Below, piece after piece: positions 38,538 to 50,252 of a stretch of DNA of 64,000 bases. Made by a program: the position numbers and the translations under genes. The notes under the pieces were generated by a model that was not told where the DNA came from, did not search any database, and saw only the letters and a list, made by a program, of their open reading frames with translations. Position 1 is the stretch's first letter. The number at the start of each line of letters is the position of its first letter. Source of the stretch: Haliotis rubra. Its lineage: Eukaryota. The stretch spans positions 558,001 through 622,000 of the forward strand of contig NW_025767309.1 of NCBI RefSeq assembly GCF_003918875.1, written 5' to 3'.

Positions 38538-39379
38538 GTAAGTGGTGTCATTATGAATGGTTGAAGACTTGAGTGTAGTTTTGATAAGGTTTATATTATT
38601 TTATGTAACCTTTAGTATATTTAGTGCAGCAAATTTTTATTGATTGAAGTAATTCTTTCTGTGGCACATCTGAACTGATGAAATAATGCAATTTGTGTTT
38701 ATCGTAGTATTGCAATGTTAGGCAAATTTTAATCTGAGAAATAATGCAATTTGTGTTTCTTGAAATATTGCAGTGTTTGGCACATCTTATTTGCAGTAGC
38801 GAGCGGAAGGTCGCGGGTTCGATCCCTGACCGCGTCATACCAATACCAATAGATGTTAAAATATGGTACTTGTTGGTCCCTGCCTGGTGCTCGGCATTAA
38901 TGGGTACAACAAGGACTGGTCGGCTCGGGAGTCAGTAATATGTGTCTGAGTGGGGTATTCATGCTTCACTGCGGCATGGTATCTCAGTGGGCTAGCACTA
39001 TAAAACCAGCTTCAGTCTCTGCTAGTACAAGCAGCCGCACATACACATACACACGCATGCACGTCGTCATATGAGCGAAATATTCTCAAGCATGACGTTA
39101 AACCCAATTTCACCTCACCTCACCTTAGTTGCAGAAGTTATGCAATTTATGATTATGGCAGTGATGTACGTTACGGTTAGTTGTATACATTTGTATGATG
39201 CAGATTTGACTGATTTCAGAATCTTATTGTCAGTATGGCCCTATTGACGGTTGCATTCATATTCTTGGATAACTTTTGTAGTGTGTATGTAAATTCCATT
39301 TATATTGTTTTCAGTTCTATCTGTACAGACTCAAAATGTAGCATGGAAATGCTTACTCCCATGTATTTCTTGTTTTCAG

Positions 39380-39464
39380 TTTTATCAAGTGGAACTTTAC
39401 AAAATTCATCATTGATCGTGAAGGAAAACCTGTCAAAAGATTTGCCCCAAATACAGAACCATTG
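39380..39464 (+). CDS. GPX4: GPX4 copy B exon 5
   Basis: [28 protein letters not shown] with canonical splice sites. Confidence 0.96.
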
Positions 39465-40544
39465 GTAGGTGTCATGTAGTCGGAAGGTGTCACAATGTTA
39501 GTTCATGTAGAGTTCATGTCAGTGAATTGTTAGACAGGAAACATTTATGACATTTGATAAATGGCCTACGCAGATTTCTAAATGGAATACTTAACTAAGC
39601 TGATAGTTATAAGTGAAGACGTTTATGGTAATACTAGTAATTCACGAGTGATAGAATGTCGTAATATGATTAGTGATGACAGGGACATGAATATATCAGT
39701 AAAAACACATTTATCTACCAAGTCATCATTTATTTGAGATATGTTGTGTTATGGAAGACTGACTGACTGACTGAGTTTAGTTTTACGCTGCTTTTAGCAA
39801 TATTCCAGCAATATCACGGCAGGGGACACCAGAAATGGGCTTAACACATTGTGCCCATGTGGGGAATCGAACCCGGGTCTTCGGCGTGACGAGCCAACGC
39901 TTTAACCACTAGGCTACCCCACCGCCCCTGTTATGGAAGAAGTGAATGTAATATATTCACATAATTAAACCACGTTATTCAATCAGCTAGTTTGATTGAC
40001 CATTTTAACAAATGTGAAGCTATTGATGAATGTCTGAAGGGTTTTTTACTCAAATTTTAGTAACTTTATAAAATATCATGTACTGTCTCCAAATAGAGTG
40101 AGTGAGTGAGTTTACTTTTACGCTGCACTTAGCAATATAGCAGCTATATGGCAGCAGCCTGTAAATAATTGAATCTGGACCAGTGATCAACAGCACGAGC
40201 ATCGATCTGCGCAATTGGGAACCGATGACATATGTCAACCAAGTCAGCGAGCCTGACCAACCCGATCCAGTTAGTTGCCTCTTACACCAAGCATGGGTTA
40301 CTGAAGGCACATTCTAACCCGGACCTTCATGGGTGACCAAATAGTTAGAAGTTATAGAACTATACCCAAAAATATACCATGGTTTAATTGTGAAGGAAAA
40401 GAACATTGTATGGAAAATAAGGAAAATATGGTAAGCAGTACAAAATATTATGGAAAGGAAATGTTTTTATTTAAATTTAGATGATTTCATTTTGAATTAT
40501 ACTTTCAAACCAAATCTTCTTCATATAAAGTTTTGCGATATGTA

Positions 40545-41120
40545 GTGAAATTAAGGGTAAGACTCTGCTTGTTACCCTTCAGTGCAGGTATAGTGCCGAT
40601 AAAAAACAAATATATACTCAGGATCAGATAAAGCTAGTCAGTTAAACTTGTATTTTCCATCCACAAGAGATGCTAATGAAACTAAGGGGAGACTACTGAT
40701 TATGAAAAAGCATACAGATGAAACGTTTTCCATATTGAGAATAAACAAATTTGAAATAAGTGATGTAATAAATTCTCTCCCTTTGAATAAAGCTTTGGGC
40801 CTGATTCCATGTGCCATAAAATTCTAAAACATACTGTAGCGTCTTTAATTATATGTACTTATATTATTATTATTAAATTTAATGATTTTATATATTTATT
40901 ATTATTATCTCATTGAGAACTTGTACTTACCCAAGCTAATGAAATATAACTGATGTAATCATTATAATGCCACTTTAAAAAAAACTGCTGACCCCATACT
41001 ATACATAGGACACAGATCAACATGTTTGATTAGCTTGCACAATTATTTTCATGAGAATTCATTGTTGTACAAAGACCTGTCAGGATTTGAAGCTGGTCAT
41101 TCCACCATTCACCAACTGAT
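40545..41120 (+). mobile_element. Heavily decayed LINE RT fragment
   Basis: Remnants LPLNKA.GPDSMCHKILK and GFEAGHSTIHQL with frameshifts. Confidence 0.55.
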
Positions 41121-41127
41121 GTAATCA

Positions 41128-41450
41128 TAATGATGATAATAATAACAATGGCCAAAGCACTTGTTTCCACACACTTGTGCATGCTCAAAGCGCTGACACA
41201 TTATTACCCCGGATAACCCAAGCTGTTAAGCGCTAGAAGGTTTTAGTCACCTGGTACCCATTTTCTGCTGGGTGAACAGAGGCAATATTGAACAAACTCA
41301 CTTGTCTAAGGTGAGACCACATGCATCACATATGCTTCGTTGTGGGGAAGGACTGAAGTCCGAGAAACTCACAGGAGTCAAGCTGCCAAACATGGTCACC
41401 CATCCAAGGACTCTGCACGCCCAATGTTGTGACTGAGCTCGATGCACAGG
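41128..41450 (-). mobile_element. 5S rRNA-derived SINE with CORE-like middle and L2-like tail
   Basis: Minus strand: caacattgggcg...cttggatgggtgacc (5S box C-like), cctctgttcacccagcagaaaatgggtacc (CORE-like), aagcgctttgag...(att)n tail. Confidence 0.6.
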
Positions 41451-41593
41451 ACCACAAACTTCAATGGTATTTGTGTCGTTCAGAGTGCATCCCAGCAGCT
41501 CTGGATCAGTTACCCTTGTTTGTTTAGATGTCTTCCTTTCAGCTTCAAACCAAAATTGTTTTCATTTATTATTTTCATGATGTATATTTTCAG

Positions 41594-41632
41594 TCTATGT
41601 TGAAAGACCTTGAACCCTACTTCAACAAGTAA
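41594..41632 (+). CDS. GPX4: GPX4 copy B last coding exon
   Basis: SMLKDLEPYFNK-TAA. The six exons sum to 522 nt (173 aa). Confidence 0.9.
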   Translation, partial: SMLKDLEPYFNK

Positions 41633-41722
41633 CCTCCCATGATTGTTGCCCTCCACGTCTACCATGTAATGCTGCAGCAAAGTCATCATCCAGATCTTGT
41701 GTCTGTCTAGACCCAGCTTCAG

Positions 41723-41792
41723 CGTCAGTCAGAATGAATGAAGGTTGATCCCTAAACCTTGAAGGGGATTGACTGGAGATGGTTTGCTGGCG
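41723..41792 (+). promoter_or_regulatory. Type II SECIS element, GPX4-B 3'UTR
   Basis: ATGA at 41738-41741 with the same AAA loop, helices and GA as copy A. Confidence 0.93.
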
Positions 41793-44700
41793 TACAAACC
41801 ACTCTGACTGGACACTGGTCAGTGCTGGACCTAGCTGGACATAACCATGGGTAGTGACTAGTTGTATGTGTAATAGTATATGATATTTATCTGCAAGTGT
41901 ATTTATATACCAGATGTGTATATTACTGTTTATGAGTGTGTATGAGGTGAATTTAAAGAAAGGTTGTTTCAAAATTTCAGGAACTATTGGCAATTGGGAG
42001 TTTGGTTGATTCTGTCCAGTTTGTTTGTTAGGATGCAGTATTTTATATTTTGCATTGAACGTGTTGAATCAGTTTTATGTTGTTCATGTGGTTTTAAATC
42101 TACTTGGTCTTTGTATAAAAACCATAAGTGCTGCCAGTTAAGTTTACTTCAAAAGATCACACTACTATATAATTTGAGAAATACTGAAAATCATTGGTTA
42201 AGTTCCAATTAAAATCATATCTTTTTATTTTGATGCAATTTTTAAATTTGAAAGAGCTGTGACAGATAAAATATATTTTTCAATTCATGAACTAAAACAT
42301 TAGATCTTCACTCGTTATTTGTACATTTTATTCAGATATTAATCAGTTCCAGTCCTTAGTGAAAGTACCGGTATATGTTCGAGATACTCAAGTTCATCTT
42401 TATCAAATAACATTTGTGTTTGTATTTATACTTAAAAAATGATTAATTCTTGGTGTTTTGCCTGCATATCTAATTACATTTAAGTTTGTTTATTTATGCA
42501 TATACTTAAGAGTTGTGTTCCCAGTTATGATTCCAGCATGATTATGTAAATGTTGTTTAAGTTTGTCAAGGCTTTTTAACCTTTTATGTTTTTTAGTGCT
42601 GTATGTTCTGTATTCATAACTCTTATACAGTCCCAATGTGCCAGTTTCTAACCTTATCTTCACAGCCTGGTGTAAGTCCAACATCTATGACTGGTCCAAG
42701 TCGGTCCAAAGTGAATCAGTAGTTGGTGCTATTATTCAGATGACATATGCTTTAACAGCCAGTGAAATATACTTTATTGTATTATCTTTCTATGAATAAA
42801 AGTTATAAATATCTAAATTTTAAACATTAAATATTTGTCATTTTGATGATTCTTGCCCATGTTCTCGATGCCTGTTCTTGAACTGAGAACTGGATTATCC
42901 TTAGGTCGGTGTCCTGTTCTGTTTGTCCAAACAGAAAAAAACAAGAGGGCTTTGATTTTACTTTAATACAATGTCATTCAAAGTGCCAAGTTTAGTTTGC
43001 CAGAAGTTATAAATTTAATGCTGAAGACCTTGAGGAATGCCAAGCCAATTCCTGGTGTTCCTTTCCATCTTGTTCCAGGATTGTTTCTTAGGCAGGTAAA
43101 CATTTTATTCACTTGACAGTTAAAAGATGATTTTTGAATTCAAGTTATCGTGGTTATGGAGAATATGGTTTATGTAAATTGAAGGTATCAAAATCACATG
43201 CTGTGTTATAAGAGGTATGCTATATTTACAAAAAATGGCAACCTCCCCACGCGACTTGCTGTTCCCCAAACCTCACTTGTTTTCTTTTTACTTGGGTTTA
43301 TTAAGCACTCTTTCTTTCAAATTCTTGGATCAACCTCTAGTAAAATATGTTACATTCCATTCCACAAGAAGGAAAATACTTCTAGGAAATAGCTGAAGAA
43401 CTTCAATGGTCACGATAGTGAATATTTGCAATGTCAATCAGCAACAAGCAATGTTTCATTCCAGCAATCGATATTAATTACAGCATTACCTCCTGTTCGA
43501 ATCACTAAGTGGAGTATAAGTGAAATATATCTCCTATCATTGTATGTAACATGTTGTTGTTGGTTGAGTCCAAGGTGGTTGTTGAACTGTGAAGTTGTGC
43601 CAGTTTTTCTTGATGGATCATTGCTCATATATCATGAAAAAGTGAAACGTGAAGAGTAGAACTGGAAAATGGCATTTTTTGTTTAAGATAGACTACTTCA
43701 AATTAATAATTTCTTTTGATATATTTTCTCAGATGAATATATCAAGTTGCAGAATTAATGGGTTTATATGGAAAGGTGTTTATTTTTGGATGTTTAATGT
43801 ATTGTTAATATCTCATTAGTTCATGTTTACTTTAGATTTGTTTCTTTTACTGATTTTCTCATATCTGTGACTTTGTAGTCCATTTTAGAGTTATTCTGTA
43901 AGTAAATGTTTGTTGAAACAAAACAAAACAACATTTTGAGAAAGCAAATAATCACTTGGTTATGTCAGGAGGATTGATTTAGATTGTTGTATTTGTTTAT
44001 ATCAATGAGACTGTGTAATCCGAATGCTCTTAAAACTATTTCCAAGACAGTGATTGGGAACCTCCGTGTCCATGTAATATCAGGAGATAATTTTACTTGC
44101 TGTTTCATAGCCTGTTGATTATTTGTTAATGATGAACACAATCCTGTTTTTGATACGGATTCATCTGTTTTACTTCTGGTACCAAGTAAGAAAAGTTTAG
44201 TGGATATATATATCCATATAGGAAAGCTTCTCTTGCATTTTATCTGTTAGAAGTATTACATGATATATCCATCCTTTGATCCAAGGTTTCCAAACTCTAG
44301 ATACGGTAAGAACTGATACAATTTGTTGTGTAAAACATTTTTAGGTAAAGGGAATAAGACACCTTATGACTTGTCATTTAGCAAAACAGTTTCGTAAAGA
44401 TTATTTCACCCCAAATATAATTATAAATGATATTATTATTTAAACAGGGTCTTGTCATTGTATATTTTGTATTGATACAAACCATTGTTTGTTTCCAGCA
44501 TGGTTTCTAAAAATAATTGCCATATCTGAAGCCATATAACTTATACAAAACAGGCCTCTAGTTGTGCCATAAGTCGGGTAGGAACCATCAGAGTTTCGGG
44601 AAACATTGGTGTCTCAGTATAAACATGTTATCATGTATTGATTTGCTGTAAATCTTTACAGAATTAAGCCTTGATCTCTTGTTTAACCCGTCTATATAAT

Positions 44701-47488
44701 TTAATTTTTGGTGTACTCCATGTATTTTGACAAACAATAATCTATGTATTTTATATGTCTGTCTTGTTTTCTCATTTCTGCAAGTTTTCTTCAACCAGAT
44801 GAAATAAATTGTCAATTGTTAATTTTCTGTATCAATATCTGTTGTATTTGCTGAAGTGCCTTTTCTTCCTATTTGAGTAAGTGGTCATATATCTTTAATT
44901 TTGGTCAAAATGTTTCCAAAGTGTTATGTTTCTTTGGATCCAAGGCGGCATTAAGACACTAGTTTCATCCATATTGTTTAACACTGTGAGCTAGATTCCC
45001 ATTGAATTATTCCCCAGGTTTGAAAAGCAGAGGACATGCTTATTAGTAGGTCGGTGGGTCTGATGTTTTTCTGTTTGCGGAGCAGAACTCCACAATCATT
45101 GAATATATCTTGATGAAGTTTGCTAGACTTATCAGTCTAGTGGTTAGCTGGTTCCTTTTGATGTTTGGAATATTGAAACACTTGTGTTTTATATATTTTA
45201 TTGAAGAATAACCCAAAAGTGTGTGCACATCATCGATGGTGGGGGTGGGGGTAGCCTAATGGTTAAAGCATCCGCTCATCACACTGAAGACCTGGATTGT
45301 TTTCCCATAGTGTGTGAAGCCCCTTCCTGGTGTCCCCTGCCGTGTCCCCTGCAATATTGCTAATGCAGCGTGAAGCCATACTCACTCACACTTATCGATG
45401 GTGGATCATAGGAAGCTTGAATGCATGGTGCATGTGGGACATTGTACTTGAGTATGGTGTTCTGGTATTTCATAAAGTAAACAAACAAGAGTGAGTGAGT
45501 GAGTTCAAGACAAGACAATCCAATGATCAACAGCATGAGCAATCAATCTAGGCAATTGGGATACGATGACATGTGTCAACCAAGTCAGCGAGCCTGACCA
45601 CCTGATCCCATTAGTCGCCTCTTATGACAAGCATGGGTTACTGAAGATCAATTCTAACCCAAATCTTCACGGGTCTAAACAGACAAGAGAATTTAGTGAA
45701 TTTCTGTTATCCATAGGAACATGAGAACAATAAATTAGGTTGGAAGGGATGAAAATGGACTAATTAATTGATCATGTCTTTAGGAACTGAGTTTTGGTAA
45801 CACAACCTTGAATGAGGCAACTCCGAAGGTCTCCGGAATTACCAATACTCACCAGAGTCTGCAAATTCTGTGTGATTTTAACTAAGATCAGTATGTAACT
45901 GTACATGATTTTTGAAAATAAGTCAACCGAGAGGTGAAGGTGAAGCTTTAGGTCTTTTTCTATAATTGAAGTCTTCAGGAAGGTGAGGTGAAAAAGAGTT
46001 TAACATCGTACTCGAGAATATTTTGCTCATATGACGACGTGCATGCATGTGTATGTGTGGCTGCTTGTGCTAGCCGAGACTGAAGCTGGTTTTATAGTGC
46101 TAGCTCACTGAGATACCATGCCGCAGTTAAGCATGAATAGCCTCTCGGACACATTATACTGACTCCGAGATGACCAGTCCTTGTTGTACCCATTAATGCT
46201 GAGTGCCAGGCAGGGACCAACAAGTACCATATTTTAGCGTCTTTTGGTATGACACAGCTGGGGATCGAACCCACGACCTTCCTCTCTCCGGGTGGACGCT
46301 CTAACCACTACACCACGGAGGCAGCTTAGTTTTCATGAAATCCAACTGTGCAGGTTACTTTGAAGTTCAAGTTGAATACGTGGTGTATTCCCAAACATTT
46401 CAAATTAAGTCAAATTCTGATCTTGTTAATGGGATAACTGATTTTCAGTTAAGGCTGAATGAAAATATTAAATATAAAATCTAACTATTAGTAGTGTTTA
46501 AACCATTTTCAGGATATAAGTGGAGTCTTTATAAATGAACATAATTGTGATTTGAAAATGTGTTTATTTAAGATGTCGTTGTATGTGAACTTAAGCATTG
46601 TAGGGAATGGACACATATGGAATTTCTTGAACTTCTGTCAGATCTGTCCAACTCCAACATGCTCACTGTAATCTTATGACTCATCTCTTCTTCGAGACAG
46701 CAATTTTACAGACACTAACTTCTTTGAGAACAAGGAGCTGTTGGTTGGACGAGTGGTATAGGTGCTTGTCATGCCAAAGTTTGATTCCCTCCATGGGTAC
46801 AATGATGGTAGTAGCTATTTCTGGAGTTCATACAAGGATAATGCTGGATTTCATCCAACACATTCACTGTTCGAAAGAAGGTGCCCACAATGTTCTGTTG
46901 GTGTTCATTAGAGATGTTTAGGAATGGCTCGTACAATGATTTGATACTGTGGCATTTTCACCTCCTTTCCCCTACTCTACCAGACAAAAGGTGTTTATCA
47001 TATAAATATCATTTTTTAACTCATTCATCCAGTGAGGCTGAAGGCTTTTATACTTCTTGGTCTTTATTTTATAAAATACATGGGTCATGAAAAGTGATAA
47101 CTGATGCACAGCTTCAATTGTCTGTATCCAGAACGACTACAGTCTATCAGTTGAATCATCATCACATCTACTGCATCTATGTGATTCCCCTTCCACTCTC
47201 CAGGAGGTAGATTTGTTGTATATCACCCTAGTCTTTGAGGATACAGCTTCAGATATAGCTTCATTGTCTGTCATCCATTTCTGCTACTCATCTGTACATT
47301 TAGGTACACAGCTCACTTTCTAATAATTTCTTATCACTGTCTGCGTGATTGATTTCTGCTCTTTTCTTGGATATGTTGTCTCAAAAATAGTATTTGATAT
47401 CACTGTGCTGGCTTGAGCTATGACATGTCCTCAGTTACACCAGCATGGCAGATTAACTTTAGGTGTCTTCAATACCTGTGTAGTAGTA

Positions 47489-48777
47489 CAGTACAACCAG
47501 AAATTATTGAGAATTTAAAGATTGTAAATTTTTAATTTTTTTCACTCATTACTCACGTATTAAATGTGAATATTAGCAGAACATAACTCCAGATTCAAAG
47601 ACAGGTGAACAGTTAGTATTTTGTCAAGTCACCATGGGCAGCAATGCAGGCTTCAATGCGGCGGGGCATACTACTATCAAAGAAGTTAGAATGTCATGGT
47701 CAATGCAGTCCCACCTCTTCTTTCATTTCAGCAATATTTGTCAGATTTTTCTTATTGACACTTTCCTTCATAAGACCCCAAACATTTTCTATTGGATTTA
47801 GGTCAGGGCTATAGCTTGGCCAATCTAATAATGTCATATTTTGGATCCGAAACCAGGCCTGTGAATGCTTGGAACGATGTTTTGGGTCTTTGTCCTGCTG
47901 GAAAATCCAAAAATGTCCATAGAACACGTGAGCAGATGGAAGTAAATGTCCCTCGAGAATATCTGTGTACCACTCACTGTTCATATTCCCTTCAAATACA
48001 CAGAGGGGCGTTGCCCCTTACACAGATATGCCACCCCACACGTTTAATTTCAGACTGTACTTTGGGCGCTGATACAAAGGTTTTTCAGTTTGTTTGGTCC
48101 AGAATTTCAGTGTATTAGGAAACATCCACACAGAACTTTCATCTGAGAAAATCACATTGTCCCAGTTAAAATTTCTATGCTGTAAGCACCAGTTCAACCT
48201 TGGCTCCTTTTGTTCAGGTTTCATGATCGGTGATGGAATTGCTCGACTTTTCTGCCAACCCATTGCATGCAGCTCAGTTCTAATTGTCTCCTTACAGACA
48301 GCCACAGTTCCTCTATCAATCGTATCCAGCCTTAAGTTTTCTAAACCGCTTCGTTTGTTTTTAGAAACAAGAATACCAAGCGGCCTCCTGTCACCGACAG
48401 TCAATTTTCTGGGCCTACCTGCGCCTCCCTGGTGCTCAATGCCATATCCATTTGCAATATTTTTCAAAACACGATAAACAGTGGACAAATGGATGCCTGT
48501 TCTACTTGAAATCACTTTAGCTGATCTGATGTCCTTGTTATAATACTCTATAAAATCAAATTCCTCTTCTCTAAATCATCCATACTGAGGATCACTGAAA
48601 ATGTCGTCTGCTAGCAAGTAAACAAAGGGGGATAACTCTTCACAAACTAATGAAAAAGGATTAACGGAGTTGTCTCTCTTGAATGAAACCAAGCACTTGA
48701 TAGCTGGTCAAGGTTGTTTATACTAGAAATCCAATTAAACATATTCCTAAAATTCTCAATAATTTCTGGTCATACTA
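47489..48777 (-). mobile_element. Tc1 (DD34E) transposon, full length, frameshifted transposase
   Basis: TA-flanked TIRs CAGTACAACCAGAAATTATTGAGAATTT. ORFs 48018-48515 (GRPRK, FSDES) and 47700-47984 (FQQD...SPDLNPIEN, 34 aa D-E spacing). Confidence 0.93.
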
Positions 48778-48899
48778 TATATGTGTAGACCACTATTAAC
48801 CAGACAACCTTCAGGGCTAAATCTTCTTGCCGTCTGCTGGCTCATCATCCCCATCTTGATAACTCTCATTCTGTCTCTCACTCAGTGAGGCAGTGTTGA

Positions 48900-49131
48900 C
48901 TACTCATCTGTCTCCCCATCCATCCTTGTCACCGAGACACCCCTTGTCTCGGAGAATGTTCGACTTAAAGACACATTGTCTGCCAGGCTTGCTGCGCTCT
49001 GCCAACTCCGGAAACAGATCATTCCCTTGTCTTGAACGTCCTTGCGTCCTCTCATTGTGATGACCTCCCCGTCTGGCCGCAACACAACAAGCTTGGGGAT
49101 AGCATTGATGTTGAACTTGTTGGCAAGCTGC
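48900..49131 (-). CDS. NXNL2: Nucleoredoxin-like protein, last coding exon (total 199 aa)
   Basis: (E)QLANKFNINAIPKLVVLRPDGEVITMRGRKDVQDKGMICFRSW... matches the NXNL2 C-terminus (AIPKLV...GEVIT.KGRK....G..CF..W). Confidence 0.88.
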
Positions 49132-49884
49132 CTGCAAATAATTAAATGATTAAAGATAATTGCAAACTATTTAGACAAAATAATTATGTTTTCACTTTTT
49201 CTTTGATTTTCCTGTGCTTCTGCAGTTTGGCTCAGTGAGATTGGTTTAATGCTGCTGTGTCCACTCTTCCAGCTTTATCGCAGTGTGTTACCTAAGTGTG
49301 GGAGGAAAACCCAAGGTGATGAAGCCCTTGATGTTTACCATCTAAGTGAGAACCATGTATGTGTGTGACGTGCTGACAAATCCAAGAAACTTGATCAAGT
49401 TGAACCATGATTCAAACCAGTGATCATCGAGCATGATGTGTATCACTGTGGTGAAACCCACATGCAAGGGTATGGTGCTGATGAACCTAAAAAAACCATG
49501 ATCACAGTTTTTGGGAATAGCTCAAGGACTGCAACTATGCCCCAAGGAATGCAACTCTGCAGAGGAAGCTGTAGTGCCTTTGATGACTGGGCCCCTGTAT
49601 CCCCGACTTGAGACAATAACGCAGAGTAGTGATGCTCTTACGCATGTTGCAAAAGACGCATTGACTCTGGACATAATCCACAATCAGCACTGACCCTTGG
49701 GTACCTTTTTTATTCAAGTCATTGTATCCAATTGCATATATATTGATGCGCATGAAGTCAATCACTGGATTGTCTCAAGTATATACACTGCCATCATGCT
49801 GGACTATTGCTGTGTTCAACAACAAACAATAACCAATTTCTATATACAAAGTATATACACAAAGTATATAAAAACATAACCTAC

Positions 49885-50252
49885 TCTCTTAGGGGGTCGT
49901 CATAGGGCACTGCAAGCCAGTCACCGTGACAGTTTAAGAAGTATTCTTTCATCATCTCCTTGGTTCTGTCAAAGCTGATGAAGATAACTTGAAGAGGGGC
50001 ATTCCTGTTCCTGAGATCCTCGTACATCTGCTTGAGGAGGGGTGTAAACTTCTGACATGGGGGGCACCAGGAAGCGGAGAAGTAGACAGCGGTCACTCTC
50101 TCCTTTGTCACCTCTTCTCCACTGACCAGGGCATAACTGGCCCGGTCAGGAACATACTTATCAGTATTGAAGTGTTCTTTTGTCAACAGCCAGCAGTCTT
50201 TGAAAGGGTTTGGAGGAGGTTGTGGTGTTGATTCAGGTTTGTCAGACTCCAT
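49885..50252 (-). CDS. NXNL2: Nucleoredoxin-like protein (NXNL2/RdCVF2L-like), first coding exon
   Basis: MESDKPES...AVYFSASWCPPCQKFTPLL...VIFISFDR...HGDWLAVPYDDPLR. Acceptor at 50262-50261, phase-2 donor GA|gtaggt. Confidence 0.88.

Noticed and set aside
43880-45230. Old LINE remnant on the minus strand
   Set aside because: The composition is suggestive, but no motif could be read convincingly.
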